64,000 nucleotides of DNA, taken from the NCBI GenBank assembly GCA_964479375.1, contig CAYZKD010000001.1, positions 7,540-71,539 on the forward strand, in the 5' to 3' direction. A program made the position numbers and the translations under genes. A model generated the notes under the pieces. The model searched no databases, was not told where the DNA came from, and worked only from the letters and a program-made list of their open reading frames with translations. Origin of the DNA: an uncultured Candidatus Saccharibacteria bacterium. GTDB lineage: Bacteria; Patescibacteriota; Minisyncoccia; Minisyncoccales; GWA2-38-27. Shown piece after piece: positions 36,602-50,518 of this stretch; the first letter of the stretch is position 1, and every line of letters begins with the position of its first letter.

Positions 36602-37606
36602 ATGGACCTAAGAGAGATAAAAAGAAAAGCCCTAGAGGATGTGAAAAAAGCAGAGAGCGCAGAGGCTCTGAAGGTTTGTTATAAGAAATATTTGAGCAAA
36701 AAAGGAGAGTTGGCCAAGACCTTTTCTTCTTTAAAAGATTTGTCCGGAGAGGAGAAATCAAAAACAGGGAAGGTGGCCAATGAAATCAAGAAAGAAGTAG
36801 AAAAAGCAATTAAACAAAGAGAAAAGTTTGTTGATTCTTTTAAGAAAGGCAGTAAAAAAGGATTGGATATAACTATTCCTGCCCGAAAGGCGAAAATAGG
36901 TCATCTTCACCCCTTGACTTTAGTAAGAAGAAAAATAGAAGATATTTTTCAAGGTATGGGTTTTTCTGTTGTTGAGGGCCCTGAGGCGGAAACTGAGTTC
37001 TATAACTTCGACGCTTTGAATATTCCTAAAGACCACCCTGCCCGCGATTTATGGGACACTTTTTACTTAGAAAATGACATGGTTTTAAGGACTCATACTT
37101 CTCCTGTACAGATAAGATACATGGAAAAAAACAATCCTCCCTTTAAGATTATAGCGCCAGGCAGGATTTATAGAAACGAAGCCACAGATGCCTCTCACGA
37201 TTTCCAGTTTTATCAGGTGGAGGGCCTAATGGTCGGAGATAATATTTCCGCCGCCAATTTTAGGGCTATTATCCAGGAGTTTTTGTCTTGCTTTTTTGGG
37301 ACTACTGCCGAAATCAGATTAAGGCCCAGTTATTTTCCTTTTACAGAGCCCTCTTTTGAGGTAGACATTAAATGTCTTGTTTGCGGGGGGAAAGGATGTA
37401 GCGTCTGCTCTGGTACCGGTTGGGTAGAACTAATGGGAGCTGGCATGGTCCATCCCAACGTGTTAAAGGCTGGCAGGCTTAATCCTAAAAATTGGCAAGG
37501 ATTTGCTTTCGGCATAGGCATGGACAGGCTGGCTATGATGAAGTATAAGATTGACGACGTGAGACTGTTTAGGTCCGGGGATATAAGGTTTTTGGAGCAA
37601 TTTTAA
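36602..37606 (+). CDS. pheS: Phenylalanyl-tRNA synthetase alpha subunit
   Basis: HPARD.WDTF, LRTHTSPVQ, YFPFTEPS, GFAFGIG.DR. Confidence 0.98.
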   Translation: MDLREIKRKALEDVKKAESAEALKVCYKKYLSKKGELAKTFSSLKDLSGEEKSKTGKVANEIKKEVEKAIKQREKFVDSFKKGSKKGLDITIPARKAKIGHLHPLTLVRRKIEDIFQGMGFSVVEGPEAETEFYNFDALNIPKDHPARDLWDTFYLENDMVLRTHTSPVQIRYMEKNNPPFKIIAPGRIYRNEATDASHDFQFYQVEGLMVGDNISAANFRAIIQEFLSCFFGTTAEIRLRPSYFPFTEPSFEVDIKCLVCGGKGCSVCSGTGWVELMGAGMVHPNVLKAGRLNPKNWQGFAFGIGMDRLAMMKYKIDDVRLFRSGDIRFLEQF

Positions 37607-37608
37607 CT

Positions 37609-39612
37609 ATGACATTTTCCTATAACTGGCTCCAGACATTTTTTCAGAAAAGACTTCCCAAGCCAGAGAAACTGGCAGAACTTTTAACTATGCATAGTTT
37701 TGAAGTAGAGGGAGCAGAGAAGAAGAACAAAGACTATCTTTTAGACATAGATGTTTTGCCTGACCGGAGCTCTGATTGCTTTTCTCATCTCGGAGTAGCC
37801 CGGGAGATAGCAGCCATCACTAACCAAAAATTGAAATATCCTGATAAGATAAAGAAAAAAAAGGGAGGGAAGAAACCAATAAATCTTAAAGTTGAAAACA
37901 ATGAGGACTGTCTTCGCTATACAGCCAAACTAATAGAAGGCGTAAAGGTGGGGCCTTCTCCTAAGTGGCTGAAAGATAAAATAAATTCCTGCGGTGTCCA
38001 GTCCATTAATAATATAGTGGACATCACAAACTATGTGATGCTTGAGATGGGACAGCCTCTTCATGCCTTTGATATTAACAAGATAAGGAACAGAGAGATA
38101 ATTGTAAGAAGGGCCAAGAGAGGAGAAAGGATAACTACTCTAGACGACAAGGAGTATAAACTAGACAGAGACATTTTAGTTATATCAGACCCGGAAAGCT
38201 CTTTGGCTATAGCCGGGATAAAAGGAGGAAAAAAAGCAGAAATTGACTCCGAAACCAACGCTATTGTTTTAGAATCTGCTAATTTTGCCTCTTTGCTGAC
38301 GAGGCGCGCCTCAAGGAAGCTTCAATTAAAAACGGATGCTTCTTGGAGATTTGAGAATGAAATAGATCCCAACCTTACAGAAGAGGCTATAAACAGAGCC
38401 GTTTTCTTGATTAAGAAAGAAGCAGGAGGAAAAGTAGTATCTGGTACGGCCGATTTTTATCCCCAGAAGAGGTTTCCTAAAAAGATAAAGATAGACCCTA
38501 GCGATATCAGAAAATTACTCGGCATTATAATTCCGGAAAAAGATATAAGGAATATTTTCTCTAGATTGGGTCTTAAGAATAAAAAGAAAGGCAAGATGAT
38601 AGAAGTAGAGATTCCCACCCGAAGATTGGATTTATCAATACCTCAAGATTTAGTAGAAGAAGTGGGACGGATTTACGGATATGAAAATATCACAGCCTCT
38701 TTCCCTTTAATATCTTTGGCGCCGCCTGATAAGAATTTTTCTGTTTTTTGGGAAAATTTTACAAAAAATGTATTCAAGGAACTGGGTTTTTTCGAATCCT
38801 ACAACTATTCTTTCATTGGAGAAGACGTTAAGGAGATATTCGGGTATAAAGAACTGGCAGGGTTGAAAAATCCTCTCAGCGATGAGCACAAATATTTAAG
38901 ACCCAGTCTGATTCCCAATCTTCTAAAAAACGTGAAAACTAATGGAGAAAAAGAGGTTGATATTTTTGAAATAGGGAAAGTTTTCAAATCTTCTCAAAAG
39001 GAAAAGAAAATGCTTTCCGCCCTCTCTACCCATAAAGATTTTTATAACATGAAAGGTATTGTTGACGCGCTTTTAAATAAAGTGGGAATTAGTGAAGTGT
39101 GGTACGATGACTTTAAAGCCACTCCCGAAAACAGTAAAATTAATGTGTGGGAAAAGAAAAGAGCCGCTGAAATCAAAGTGGGCTTTGAAGAAATAGGTTT
39201 CCTGGGCGAAATTTCTTCTGAGATATTAGATGAAACGAAGATAGGAAAGAAGGTGGTTCTGTTCGAAATTGATTTTGAGAAATTCCAAAAGATAGCTTCA
39301 GAAGAACAGGAGTATCAACCGATTTCGCGGTATCCAGTAGCAGTGAGAGATATAGCGGTATTGGTTCCCCGGTCGGTAAAGGTGGAGGCTGTGATGAATA
39401 AAATCAATGCTGTGGGAGGATCTTTAATTAGAGACATCGATCTTTTTGATATTTACGAAGGAGAAAATCTGCCGTTTGGTAAGAAGAATCTGGCTTTTCA
39501 TATAATCTATCAGGCAGAAGACAGAACCCTATCTAATGAAGCAATTCTCGCCCTACAGGACAGGATTATAAGGTTTTTGGAGGCTGAGCCGGACTGGCAG
39601 GTAAGAAAATAA
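37609..39612 (+). CDS. pheT: Phenylalanyl-tRNA synthetase beta subunit lacking the B2 OB domain
   Basis: SINNIVDITNYVM.E.GQPLHAFD, DLVEEVGRIYG, RYP...RDIA; 667 aa. Confidence 0.96.
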   Translation: MTFSYNWLQTFFQKRLPKPEKLAELLTMHSFEVEGAEKKNKDYLLDIDVLPDRSSDCFSHLGVAREIAAITNQKLKYPDKIKKKKGGKKPINLKVENNEDCLRYTAKLIEGVKVGPSPKWLKDKINSCGVQSINNIVDITNYVMLEMGQPLHAFDINKIRNREIIVRRAKRGERITTLDDKEYKLDRDILVISDPESSLAIAGIKGGKKAEIDSETNAIVLESANFASLLTRRASRKLQLKTDASWRFENEIDPNLTEEAINRAVFLIKKEAGGKVVSGTADFYPQKRFPKKIKIDPSDIRKLLGIIIPEKDIRNIFSRLGLKNKKKGKMIEVEIPTRRLDLSIPQDLVEEVGRIYGYENITASFPLISLAPPDKNFSVFWENFTKNVFKELGFFESYNYSFIGEDVKEIFGYKELAGLKNPLSDEHKYLRPSLIPNLLKNVKTNGEKEVDIFEIGKVFKSSQKEKKMLSALSTHKDFYNMKGIVDALLNKVGISEVWYDDFKATPENSKINVWEKKRAAEIKVGFEEIGFLGEISSEILDETKIGKKVVLFEIDFEKFQKIASEEQEYQPISRYPVAVRDIAVLVPRSVKVEAVMNKINAVGGSLIRDIDLFDIYEGENLPFGKKNLAFHIIYQAEDRTLSNEAILALQDRIIRFLEAEPDWQVRK

Positions 39613-39616
39613 TTAA

Positions 39617-43798
<4,182 letters not shown>

Positions 43799-43805
43799 CT
43801 GAAAC

Positions 43806-43834
43806 TTGACTTCGTCCTAACTTTTAGATATTAT
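43806..43834 (+). promoter_or_regulatory. Sigma70-type promoter for secE-nusG-rplK
   Basis: TTGACT-N17-TATTAT. Confidence 0.65.
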
Positions 43835-43868
43835 TAAACCACAAGGCCGGAAGGCCGTTTTTAAAACT

Positions 43869-44066
43869 ATGAAAATGTCTATTTTCTCCAGAACAATAGC
43901 CTTCTTGAAAGAAGTTAAGATTGAAATGAAAAAAGTTAACTGGCCCACAAGGACAGAAACTATTAGATATACCTTGATAGTGGTAGGGGCTTCTCTTGTT
44001 GTCGCCGCTTTTTTAGGCGGCCTTGATTTTATTTTCTCTGTCTTGCTTAATACTTTTGTATTCTAA
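43869..44066 (+). CDS. secE: Preprotein translocase SecE
   Basis: FLKEVK.EMKKVNWPT plus single TM. Confidence 0.96.
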   Translation: MKMSIFSRTIAFLKEVKIEMKKVNWPTRTETIRYTLIVVGASLVVAAFLGGLDFIFSVLLNTFVF

Positions 44067-44069
44067 GTT

Positions 44070-44615
44070 ATGCCTAAGCAAAAATTGCCTCAAAAAAGGA
44101 ACTGGTACGTTATTCATACTTATTCAGGATATGAAGAGTCGGTGGCAAAGAATCTTAGACAGAGAGTGGATTCTTTGGGTATGGAAGATAAGATTTTTGA
44201 TGTTTTGGTTCCCAAGGAAAAAAAGATTAAAATTAAAAGCGGCAAGAGGAAAAATGTTGAAGAAAAGATTTATCCGGGATATGTTCTGGTGGAGATGATA
44301 GTTACTGACGATTCTTGGTATGTAGTAAGAAACACCCCCAACGTTACGGGATTTGTAGGAGTGGGCACCACCCCGGTTCCGGTTTCTCAGGAAGAAATAG
44401 ATAGCCTCAAGAAAAGGATGGGTACAGAAACCCCCAGTTATAAGATTGAGGTGAAAGTAGGGGACTCTGTTAAGGTTACAGACGGCCCCTTTAAGGATTC
44501 TGACGGAAAGGTTTCAGAAGTTGATCAGGAAAGAGGCAAGGTTAAGGTAATGGTAAATATGTTCGGTCGCGATACTCCAGTAGAACTGGACTCTTTGCAA
44601 ATTAAGAAATTGTAA
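44070..44615 (+). CDS. nusG: Transcription factor NusG
   Basis: [32 protein letters not shown]. Confidence 0.98.
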   Translation: MPKQKLPQKRNWYVIHTYSGYEESVAKNLRQRVDSLGMEDKIFDVLVPKEKKIKIKSGKRKNVEEKIYPGYVLVEMIVTDDSWYVVRNTPNVTGFVGVGTTPVPVSQEEIDSLKKRMGTETPSYKIEVKVGDSVKVTDGPFKDSDGKVSEVDQERGKVKVMVNMFGRDTPVELDSLQIKKL

Positions 44616-44619
44616 AATC

Positions 44620-45042
44620 ATGGCTAAAAAAATAATAGCAGTTGTAAAACTTCAAATTAAAGCGGGTCAGGCGACCCCGGCTCCGCCGGTGGGTCCTTCT
44701 TTGGCTCAGCACGGGATAAATATTTCTGACTTTTGCCAGAAGTTTAATGACGAAACCAAGGATAAGGAAGGGAGCACCATTCCCGTTGAAATAACCGTTT
44801 ACGAAGACAAGAGTTTCGGCTTTAAATTAAAAAAGCCTCCTGCTTCAGAGTTGTTGAAAAAAATGGCGGGCATAGAAAAGGGATCAGGAACTCCTAATAA
44901 AAAGAGAGCGGGACAGATAACACGAGACCAGCTTAAAAAAGTAGCCCAAGAGAAAATGGAAGATCTGAATACTGATGATGTGGAGCAGGCGATGAAGATA
45001 ATTGAGGGTACCGCTAAAAACATGGGTCTTGAAATTAAATAA
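44620..45042 (+). CDS. rplK: 50S ribosomal protein L11
   Basis: [25 protein letters not shown]. Confidence 0.98.
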   Translation: MAKKIIAVVKLQIKAGQATPAPPVGPSLAQHGINISDFCQKFNDETKDKEGSTIPVEITVYEDKSFGFKLKKPPASELLKKMAGIEKGSGTPNKKRAGQITRDQLKKVAQEKMEDLNTDDVEQAMKIIEGTAKNMGLEIK

Positions 45043-45043
45043 T

Positions 45044-45577
45044 ATGGACACCAAAAGACCTCCAAAAGATGAGTATTATTTGGGTATAGCCAAGGAAATA
45101 TCCAAGCGGTCCACTTGTTTTAGAGTAAAAGCCGGCGCCCTTATAGTAAGAGACGACCAATTAATTTCCGCAGGCTACGTGGGTGCTCCCAGAAAAACAA
45201 AAGATTGTTTTGAAAGAGGAAACTGTTTGAGGGATAAATTAAGTATTCCCCATGGAAAGCAATATGAAATATGCAGGAGCGTGCATGCTGAACAAAATGC
45301 CCTTATCAATGCTGCCAGATCCGGAACGAGTGTTTTGGGAGGAACTATGTATATTTATCTTGAAGACAGGGAAGAAAAAACAATAGATTCTTTTCCCTGT
45401 TTTATTTGTAAAAAAATGATAATTAATTCTGGAATAAATCGGGTAGTGTGTTCTAAAAAAGATGGGGGAATTAAGATATTTTATGCCCGTGACTGGACAG
45501 AACACTGGCGGCAGGGTGACATAGTTGACGATGAAGAAAAATTTGGTGAGGACTTGAACAAAAAAGAAAACCTGTAA
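45044..45577 (+). CDS. dCMP deaminase (ComEB-like)
   Basis: RSTC, HAEQNA, PCFICKK; ATG 45044 avoids overlap with rplK. Confidence 0.9.
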   Translation: MDTKRPPKDEYYLGIAKEISKRSTCFRVKAGALIVRDDQLISAGYVGAPRKTKDCFERGNCLRDKLSIPHGKQYEICRSVHAEQNALINAARSGTSVLGGTMYIYLEDREEKTIDSFPCFICKKMIINSGINRVVCSKKDGGIKIFYARDWTEHWRQGDIVDDEEKFGEDLNKKENL

Positions 45578-45607
45578 CCAAGTTCTTTAAAAAGAAAGGA
45601 AAGAGAG

Positions 45608-46480
45608 ATGGATAAGGTACAGATAGTGCGGGTTAGGCCAGACGCTTTGCTTCCTCGACGGGCTTCTGCTTTTGCAGTAGGATACGATGTTTATGCTTCT
45701 CGTGTTTTAGACAAAGAAACTAAAGAAGTTTTATCAGAATTACCCGCGACCATCGGACCGGGGGAGAGTCTTCTTGTCGGGATTGGCGTAGCTTTTGCTA
45801 TTCCGTGGCCTTGGGAAGCCCAGCTTAGACCAAGAAGCGGGCTGGCTAATAAATACGACATTGAACTTTCTAATTCTCCCGGTACCATTGACCCCGATTT
45901 CAGAGGAGAGGCTGGTGCTCTCTTAAGAAATAGGGGGGAGAAGTCTTTTATTGTAGACAAGGGGATGAGAGTAGCCCAGATTATTTTCTCGGTTGTGAAA
46001 ACCCCTGTCTTTTTGGAAACCAATGCGCTTCCTTCGACTATCCGGGGAAATGGTGGTTTTGGTTCCACAGGCCTCTACGAGATAGAAGAAGGAACGGCAG
46101 AATTCTGGAGAAGGGTAGCCGAAGAGGATGTGGCCTATATGAGGGTTGTTCAAGATCTTGCCCGCTTTCCTTCCGCAGAAGGTGGCGCTTGTATCATCGT
46201 AAAAGACGGAAACATTATTTCGACCAGCCACACCTTGTTTGGGCAGAAGGGAATTTCTGCTGAAGGAAAGGCCCTCAGCGCTCTTTTGAAGGTCGGATCT
46301 GGTGTTTCTACGACCGGAGCGAGGGCATACCTTAATGTTGTCCCGATTCTCTCTTTCGCCTCTCTTATTATTGCTTGCGGCATAGAAGAAATGGTTTTGC
46401 CGCAAGGGGAGTACGAGAGAGAAGCCATAAGATTTTTAGAAGACAACGGTCTTTATATCCGTTACATTAAATTACCTTAA
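45608..46480 (+). CDS. dut: Trimeric dUTPase fused to a degenerate dCMP-deaminase-like domain
   Basis: VGYDV, RPRSGLA, NSPGTIDPDFRGE, RVAQ, RGNGGFGSTG; then ~135 aa with IIVKDGNIISTS, SAE and no PCxxC. Confidence 0.85.
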   Translation: MDKVQIVRVRPDALLPRRASAFAVGYDVYASRVLDKETKEVLSELPATIGPGESLLVGIGVAFAIPWPWEAQLRPRSGLANKYDIELSNSPGTIDPDFRGEAGALLRNRGEKSFIVDKGMRVAQIIFSVVKTPVFLETNALPSTIRGNGGFGSTGLYEIEEGTAEFWRRVAEEDVAYMRVVQDLARFPSAEGGACIIVKDGNIISTSHTLFGQKGISAEGKALSALLKVGSGVSTTGARAYLNVVPILSFASLIIACGIEEMVLPQGEYEREAIRFLEDNGLYIRYIKLP

Positions 46481-46504
46481 AGGGTCTATAAAGACCCTTT
46501 TTTT
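46479..46504 (+). terminator. Intrinsic terminator
   Basis: AAAGGGTCT-ataa-AGACCCTTT plus T-run. Confidence 0.7.
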
Positions 46505-46554
46505 ATACGCCTTTTAATTAGAAAGATTTTTTGGTATAGTAATATTAATTAGAA

Positions 46555-47175
46555 ATGATCAAGAATCACAACCCAGGAAAATTTATAATCTTTGAAGGTC
46601 CGGATGGCTCAGGCCAGAGCACCCAATCCTCTTTGCTAAGGAGCTTTTTAATTGAAAAGGGATATCAAGTGATTGTGACCAAAGAACCCACAATTGACTC
46701 AGAGGCGGGAAAAAAGATTAAAAAGGTTTTGGAAAAGGAAATTGAAATCAGCTCAGAAGAACTTCAGCAATTATTTGTCCATGACAGAAAAGAACATCTG
46801 GAAAACCTGATTATTCCTGCCCTTAAAAAAGGCAGATTTGTTATTTCTGACCGCTACTTCTTTTCAACTTTTTGTTTTGGGGCCGCAGCCGGACTTGATA
46901 TGGAGAAGTTAATCAAAATGAACAAAAATTTTCTGCTCCCAGACCTCACTTTTATACTGAAAGCAGATCCTAAGGTTTGCGTTCGAAGAATTACAGAAAG
47001 AGGGAGCAAGAAAACCCTATTTGAGGTGGAGGAAAGATTAACAAAAGTAATGGAAAACTACGAAAAAATGCCTTCTCGGTTCGAAAACGTAAAAATTATA
47101 AACGGCGAGCAATCGATAGAAAAAGTCTCGGAAGACATAGAAAGGGCCGTTTTCTCGCAACTTTTGACTAAATAG
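46555..47175 (+). CDS. tmk: Thymidylate kinase
   Basis: FIIFEGPDGSGQST (P-loop Lys replaced by Gln), TKEP, VISDRY, PDLT. Confidence 0.9.
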   Translation: MIKNHNPGKFIIFEGPDGSGQSTQSSLLRSFLIEKGYQVIVTKEPTIDSEAGKKIKKVLEKEIEISSEELQQLFVHDRKEHLENLIIPALKKGRFVISDRYFFSTFCFGAAAGLDMEKLIKMNKNFLLPDLTFILKADPKVCVRRITERGSKKTLFEVEERLTKVMENYEKMPSRFENVKIINGEQSIEKVSEDIERAVFSQLLTK

Positions 47176-47179
47176 TAAT

Positions 47180-48880
47180 ATGGCAGAAATACTAAAAAAT
47201 GCAGGCTCTCACAAGATTTTGTCTATTATGGGAGGGAGTGAGGGGGAGAGTCCTCTTCAGTTGATAGAGGTTGCGGGAAGGACTGCATACCAAAGCAGGG
47301 ACAAGATCAGCGATGAGTCAGCATCAAGGTTTGTCGAAATGATAAGGAAGAGGGGACACGAATCAGTATTGGAGCATTCTTGTATGACAGTAGAATTTAA
47401 TAATGTCTCCCGTGGTTTTTGTTATGACGACAAAACAGAGGTTTTGACAAAAGAAGGCTGGAAATATTTTTATGAAACCACAGAAAAAGATAAATTTTTG
47501 ACTTTAAACTTGAAAAACAAAAAAATAGAATATCAAAAACGTAAGGATTTTACAGCCGAAGATTGGAATGGTCAGTTGATTTATGGGAAGTCTTCTATGG
47601 TTGATTTTGCCGTCACCCCTAACCATAGAATGGTCTATTTTCCTTACGACAAGCGGGTTGATAAAGAGTGGGGGATTGCTCAGGCAAAAGAAATTTATGG
47701 TAAAAGAGTAAAGTTTGAGAGGGGGCTATTTAATAATTGGACAGGACTTAAAATTAAGAATAAATATTCTCAACAAGACAGCCTGTCTTTTGCAAAATTT
47801 ATGGGGGTTTTTATTACAGATGGTTCTTTGTGGAAAGGAAAGCAGACCGGCGGCAGGATAGTTTTAAGCCAGACAAAAAAAGGAGGGAGAGATTTCATCA
47901 GGAAGACGCTGAGTGATTTAGGATGGAATTTTAAGGAACGCAGGGACGGTTTTAGAATAAATGATACTAAGCTTTATCATTTTCTTAGGAAATATTTTCC
48001 TGAGACAAAGAAAAAAAGTGAAGACGGTCGGGTCCCCGAATGGATAAGGATGTCATCTCCGGAATATATCAGAGAGTTTATGAACGGCGTTATTGTCGGA
48101 GACGGGAATATTCATAAGGGGAACAAACACATAGTTATTTATTCTGGTTCTCAAAAATTATCTGGTGATTACCAAGAATGTATATTCAAGATGGGACTGT
48201 GTTCTACGGTGAGGATGGACGATAGAAGGGGTCAGGCGCATAAAGTTGGTAAAGCTCCGATAAAAAACAAAAGAAAATCATATATTGTTTCTATTACGAA
48301 AAGAACCAATGCCCATTTGTTTAATAGAAAACTATGGTCAAAAAGAAAGTATAGGGGTAAAGTATATTGCGTGACGGTTCCGAACGGGACTCTTTATGTA
48401 AGAAGAAACGGAAAGGCGTTTTGGTCTGGGAATACCCACGAGATGGTTCGCCATAGGTTAGTTGCTTACACTCAAGAATCTACAAGATACGTGGACGAGA
48501 GTAATTTTAGGGTGGTTGTCCCTCCCGACAAAGATCCTCAGAAAAAAATAGTAACCTTGGGTCTTCCCAATGGGGACAAATCAGAGGTTTCTTTTGAAGA
48601 CTGGGTTAATCTTAACGAGCAAATGTACAGAGGACTGAGAAAGGCCGAATGGGTGCCTCAGGACGCCAGGCAGACATTACCTATAGGGATAAAGTCTCAG
48701 ATTGTAGCCACAGCCAACTTTAGGGAATGGCGCCACATTTTTACCTTAAGATGTTCCCCCAAGGCTCATTGGGAAATAAGGAGAGTGATGACCAACCTTT
48801 TAAAAGAGGTAAAAGAAAGGGTTCCTGTTATTTTCGATGACTTTGAAATTTTAGAAGAAGGCGCTCAAAAAAAGCCTTAA
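47180..48880 (+). CDS. thyX: Flavin-dependent thymidylate synthase with intein
   Basis: GHESVLEH, VSRG..HE.VRHR...QESTRY, ANFREWRH...LR. Confidence 0.94.
   Translation: MAEILKNAGSHKILSIMGGSEGESPLQLIEVAGRTAYQSRDKISDESASRFVEMIRKRGHESVLEHSCMTVEFNNVSRGFCYDDKTEVLTKEGWKYFYETTEKDKFLTLNLKNKKIEYQKRKDFTAEDWNGQLIYGKSSMVDFAVTPNHRMVYFPYDKRVDKEWGIAQAKEIYGKRVKFERGLFNNWTGLKIKNKYSQQDSLSFAKFMGVFITDGSLWKGKQTGGRIVLSQTKKGGRDFIRKTLSDLGWNFKERRDGFRINDTKLYHFLRKYFPETKKKSEDGRVPEWIRMSSPEYIREFMNGVIVGDGNIHKGNKHIVIYSGSQKLSGDYQECIFKMGLCSTVRMDDRRGQAHKVGKAPIKNKRKSYIVSITKRTNAHLFNRKLWSKRKYRGKVYCVTVPNGTLYVRRNGKAFWSGNTHEMVRHRLVAYTQESTRYVDESNFRVVVPPDKDPQKKIVTLGLPNGDKSEVSFEDWVNLNEQMYRGLRKAEWVPQDARQTLPIGIKSQIVATANFREWRHIFTLRCSPKAHWEIRRVMTNLLKEVKERVPVIFDDFEILEEGAQKKP
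47420..48433 (+). mobile_element. ThyX intein (338 aa, LAGLIDADG, ends Gly-Asn, +1 Thr)
   Basis: SRGF|CYDDKTEVLT...VTPNHRM...VYCVTVP...WSGN|THEM; FMGVFITDG and FMNGVIVGDG. Confidence 0.92.
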
Positions 48881-48882
48881 GC

Positions 48883-50346
48883 ATGAAGTACACTCCTGTC
48901 ATTGGGCTAGAAATACACGTGGAATTGAAGACGCGCTCTAAGATGTTTTGTTCTTGCCCGAATAATCAAGATATAAAAGAAGCAAATACTAATGTTTGCC
49001 CTGTCTGCATGGGACATCCCGGCACTCTTCCTGTTGCCAACAAAGAGGCGGTTAGAAAAGTTCTAAAAACGGGCATGGCTTTGAATTGTAGTGTGCCGGA
49101 GTATTCCAAATTTGATAGGAAAAATTATTTCTATCCCGACCTCCCTAAGGGATACCAAATTTCTCAGTATGATATGCCTTTGTGCGGAAAAGGAGAGTTG
49201 AGCATAGGGAAGGAGGTGGTGAGGATAACAAGGATCCATTTAGAAGAAGATACCGGCAGTCTGCAGCATTCTTCAGAAGACAACTCCTCTTTGGTTAATT
49301 TTAACCGCGCCGGTATTCCCTTGATGGAACTTGTGACAGAGCCCGACCTTTCTTCTGGCAAAGAAGCAAGGAAATTTGCAGAAGAGTTGAGATTGATATT
49401 GAGATACCTTGATGTTTCTAGTGCTGATATGGAAAAAGGCCAGCTGAGAGTAGAGGTTAATATTAGTTTAAGCAAAGATTCCAAGAAGGGAACAAAAGTA
49501 GAGATTAAAAACCTTAACTCTTTTCGAGCAGTAGAAGGAGCGGTTGATTATGAAATCGAAAGACAGAGAGATCTTCTAGAAGGGGGAGAAGAGGTTATCC
49601 AAGAGACTAGGGGGTGGGATGAGAATAAGGGCAAAACCTGCAGCCAGAGAGAAAAAGAGGAAGCGCATGATTATCGGTATTTGCCAGAGCCCGATCTTCC
49701 TACTCTTAAATTGGATTCTGATCTTTTATCTGAGATCAGATCAGAAATACCAGAGTTTCCCGCCCAAAGAAGAGAAAGGCTTAAAAGACAATATCTTTTG
49801 GACCCGAATATGGCAGAGTTTTTTACTTTTTACAAAGAAATAGGGGAGTATTACGAGCAGGCGTGTTCTGAATTGAAAAACTGGATGAAAAATTCCGGGA
49901 TAAAAGATGAAAAAGAATTTGAAAAAGCCGCCAAACTTGCTGCCAACTATATCTCTTCGGACTTGATGGGGCTGTTGAGCGGCATGTCAGTGGAGAGCAA
50001 AGAATTTGCTATAACCGCTGAGAACTTTGCCGAATTTATCCTTCTTCTTTACAAAAAAGAAATTTCTAGCAAGATAGCAAAGCAGGTCTTAAAAGAAATG
50101 TTTAAAACGGGAGCAGATCCTTCTCATATTATCGAAGAGAAGGGCTTGTCCCAGGTTAGCGATGAGTCGGAAATAGAAAAAATTGTTAAAGATGTGATAT
50201 CTAAAAACGAAAAAGCGGTTGAGGATTATAAAAAGGGAAAAGAAAACGCTTTAAAATTCCTTATGGGGCAGGTGATGGCGGCCACCAAGGGTATGGCAGA
50301 GCCTGAGTCGGTTAACAGAATATTGAAGAAATCGTTATCTTCTTAG
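48883..50346 (+). CDS. gatB: Asp/Glu-tRNA amidotransferase subunit B
   Basis: IGLEIH, FDRKNYFYPDLPKGYQISQ, DYRYLPEPDLP. Confidence 0.98.
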   Translation: MKYTPVIGLEIHVELKTRSKMFCSCPNNQDIKEANTNVCPVCMGHPGTLPVANKEAVRKVLKTGMALNCSVPEYSKFDRKNYFYPDLPKGYQISQYDMPLCGKGELSIGKEVVRITRIHLEEDTGSLQHSSEDNSSLVNFNRAGIPLMELVTEPDLSSGKEARKFAEELRLILRYLDVSSADMEKGQLRVEVNISLSKDSKKGTKVEIKNLNSFRAVEGAVDYEIERQRDLLEGGEEVIQETRGWDENKGKTCSQREKEEAHDYRYLPEPDLPTLKLDSDLLSEIRSEIPEFPAQRRERLKRQYLLDPNMAEFFTFYKEIGEYYEQACSELKNWMKNSGIKDEKEFEKAAKLAANYISSDLMGLLSGMSVESKEFAITAENFAEFILLLYKKEISSKIAKQVLKEMFKTGADPSHIIEEKGLSQVSDESEIEKIVKDVISKNEKAVEDYKKGKENALKFLMGQVMAATKGMAEPESVNRILKKSLSS

Positions 50347-50518
50347 CGTCCTTTGAGAAGTTAGATAATGGCTGATTTCTTTGTTGCGTCTTCTCGGGCA
50401 GTGCGCAGACCACGCCTTGCCAACAAGTCTTGAAATCATCTTATTTTGGAGAGCCCAACCTGCCATTATGTTTTGCCGCGATACGAGTAAGTTTTGGCGA
50501 GTCAGATTCTTTTACTTA

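Noticed and set aside
45002-45043. Longer N-terminus for dCMP deaminase from the ORF track
   Set aside because: It overlaps rplK; ATG 45044 fits the local TAA-T-ATG junction style.
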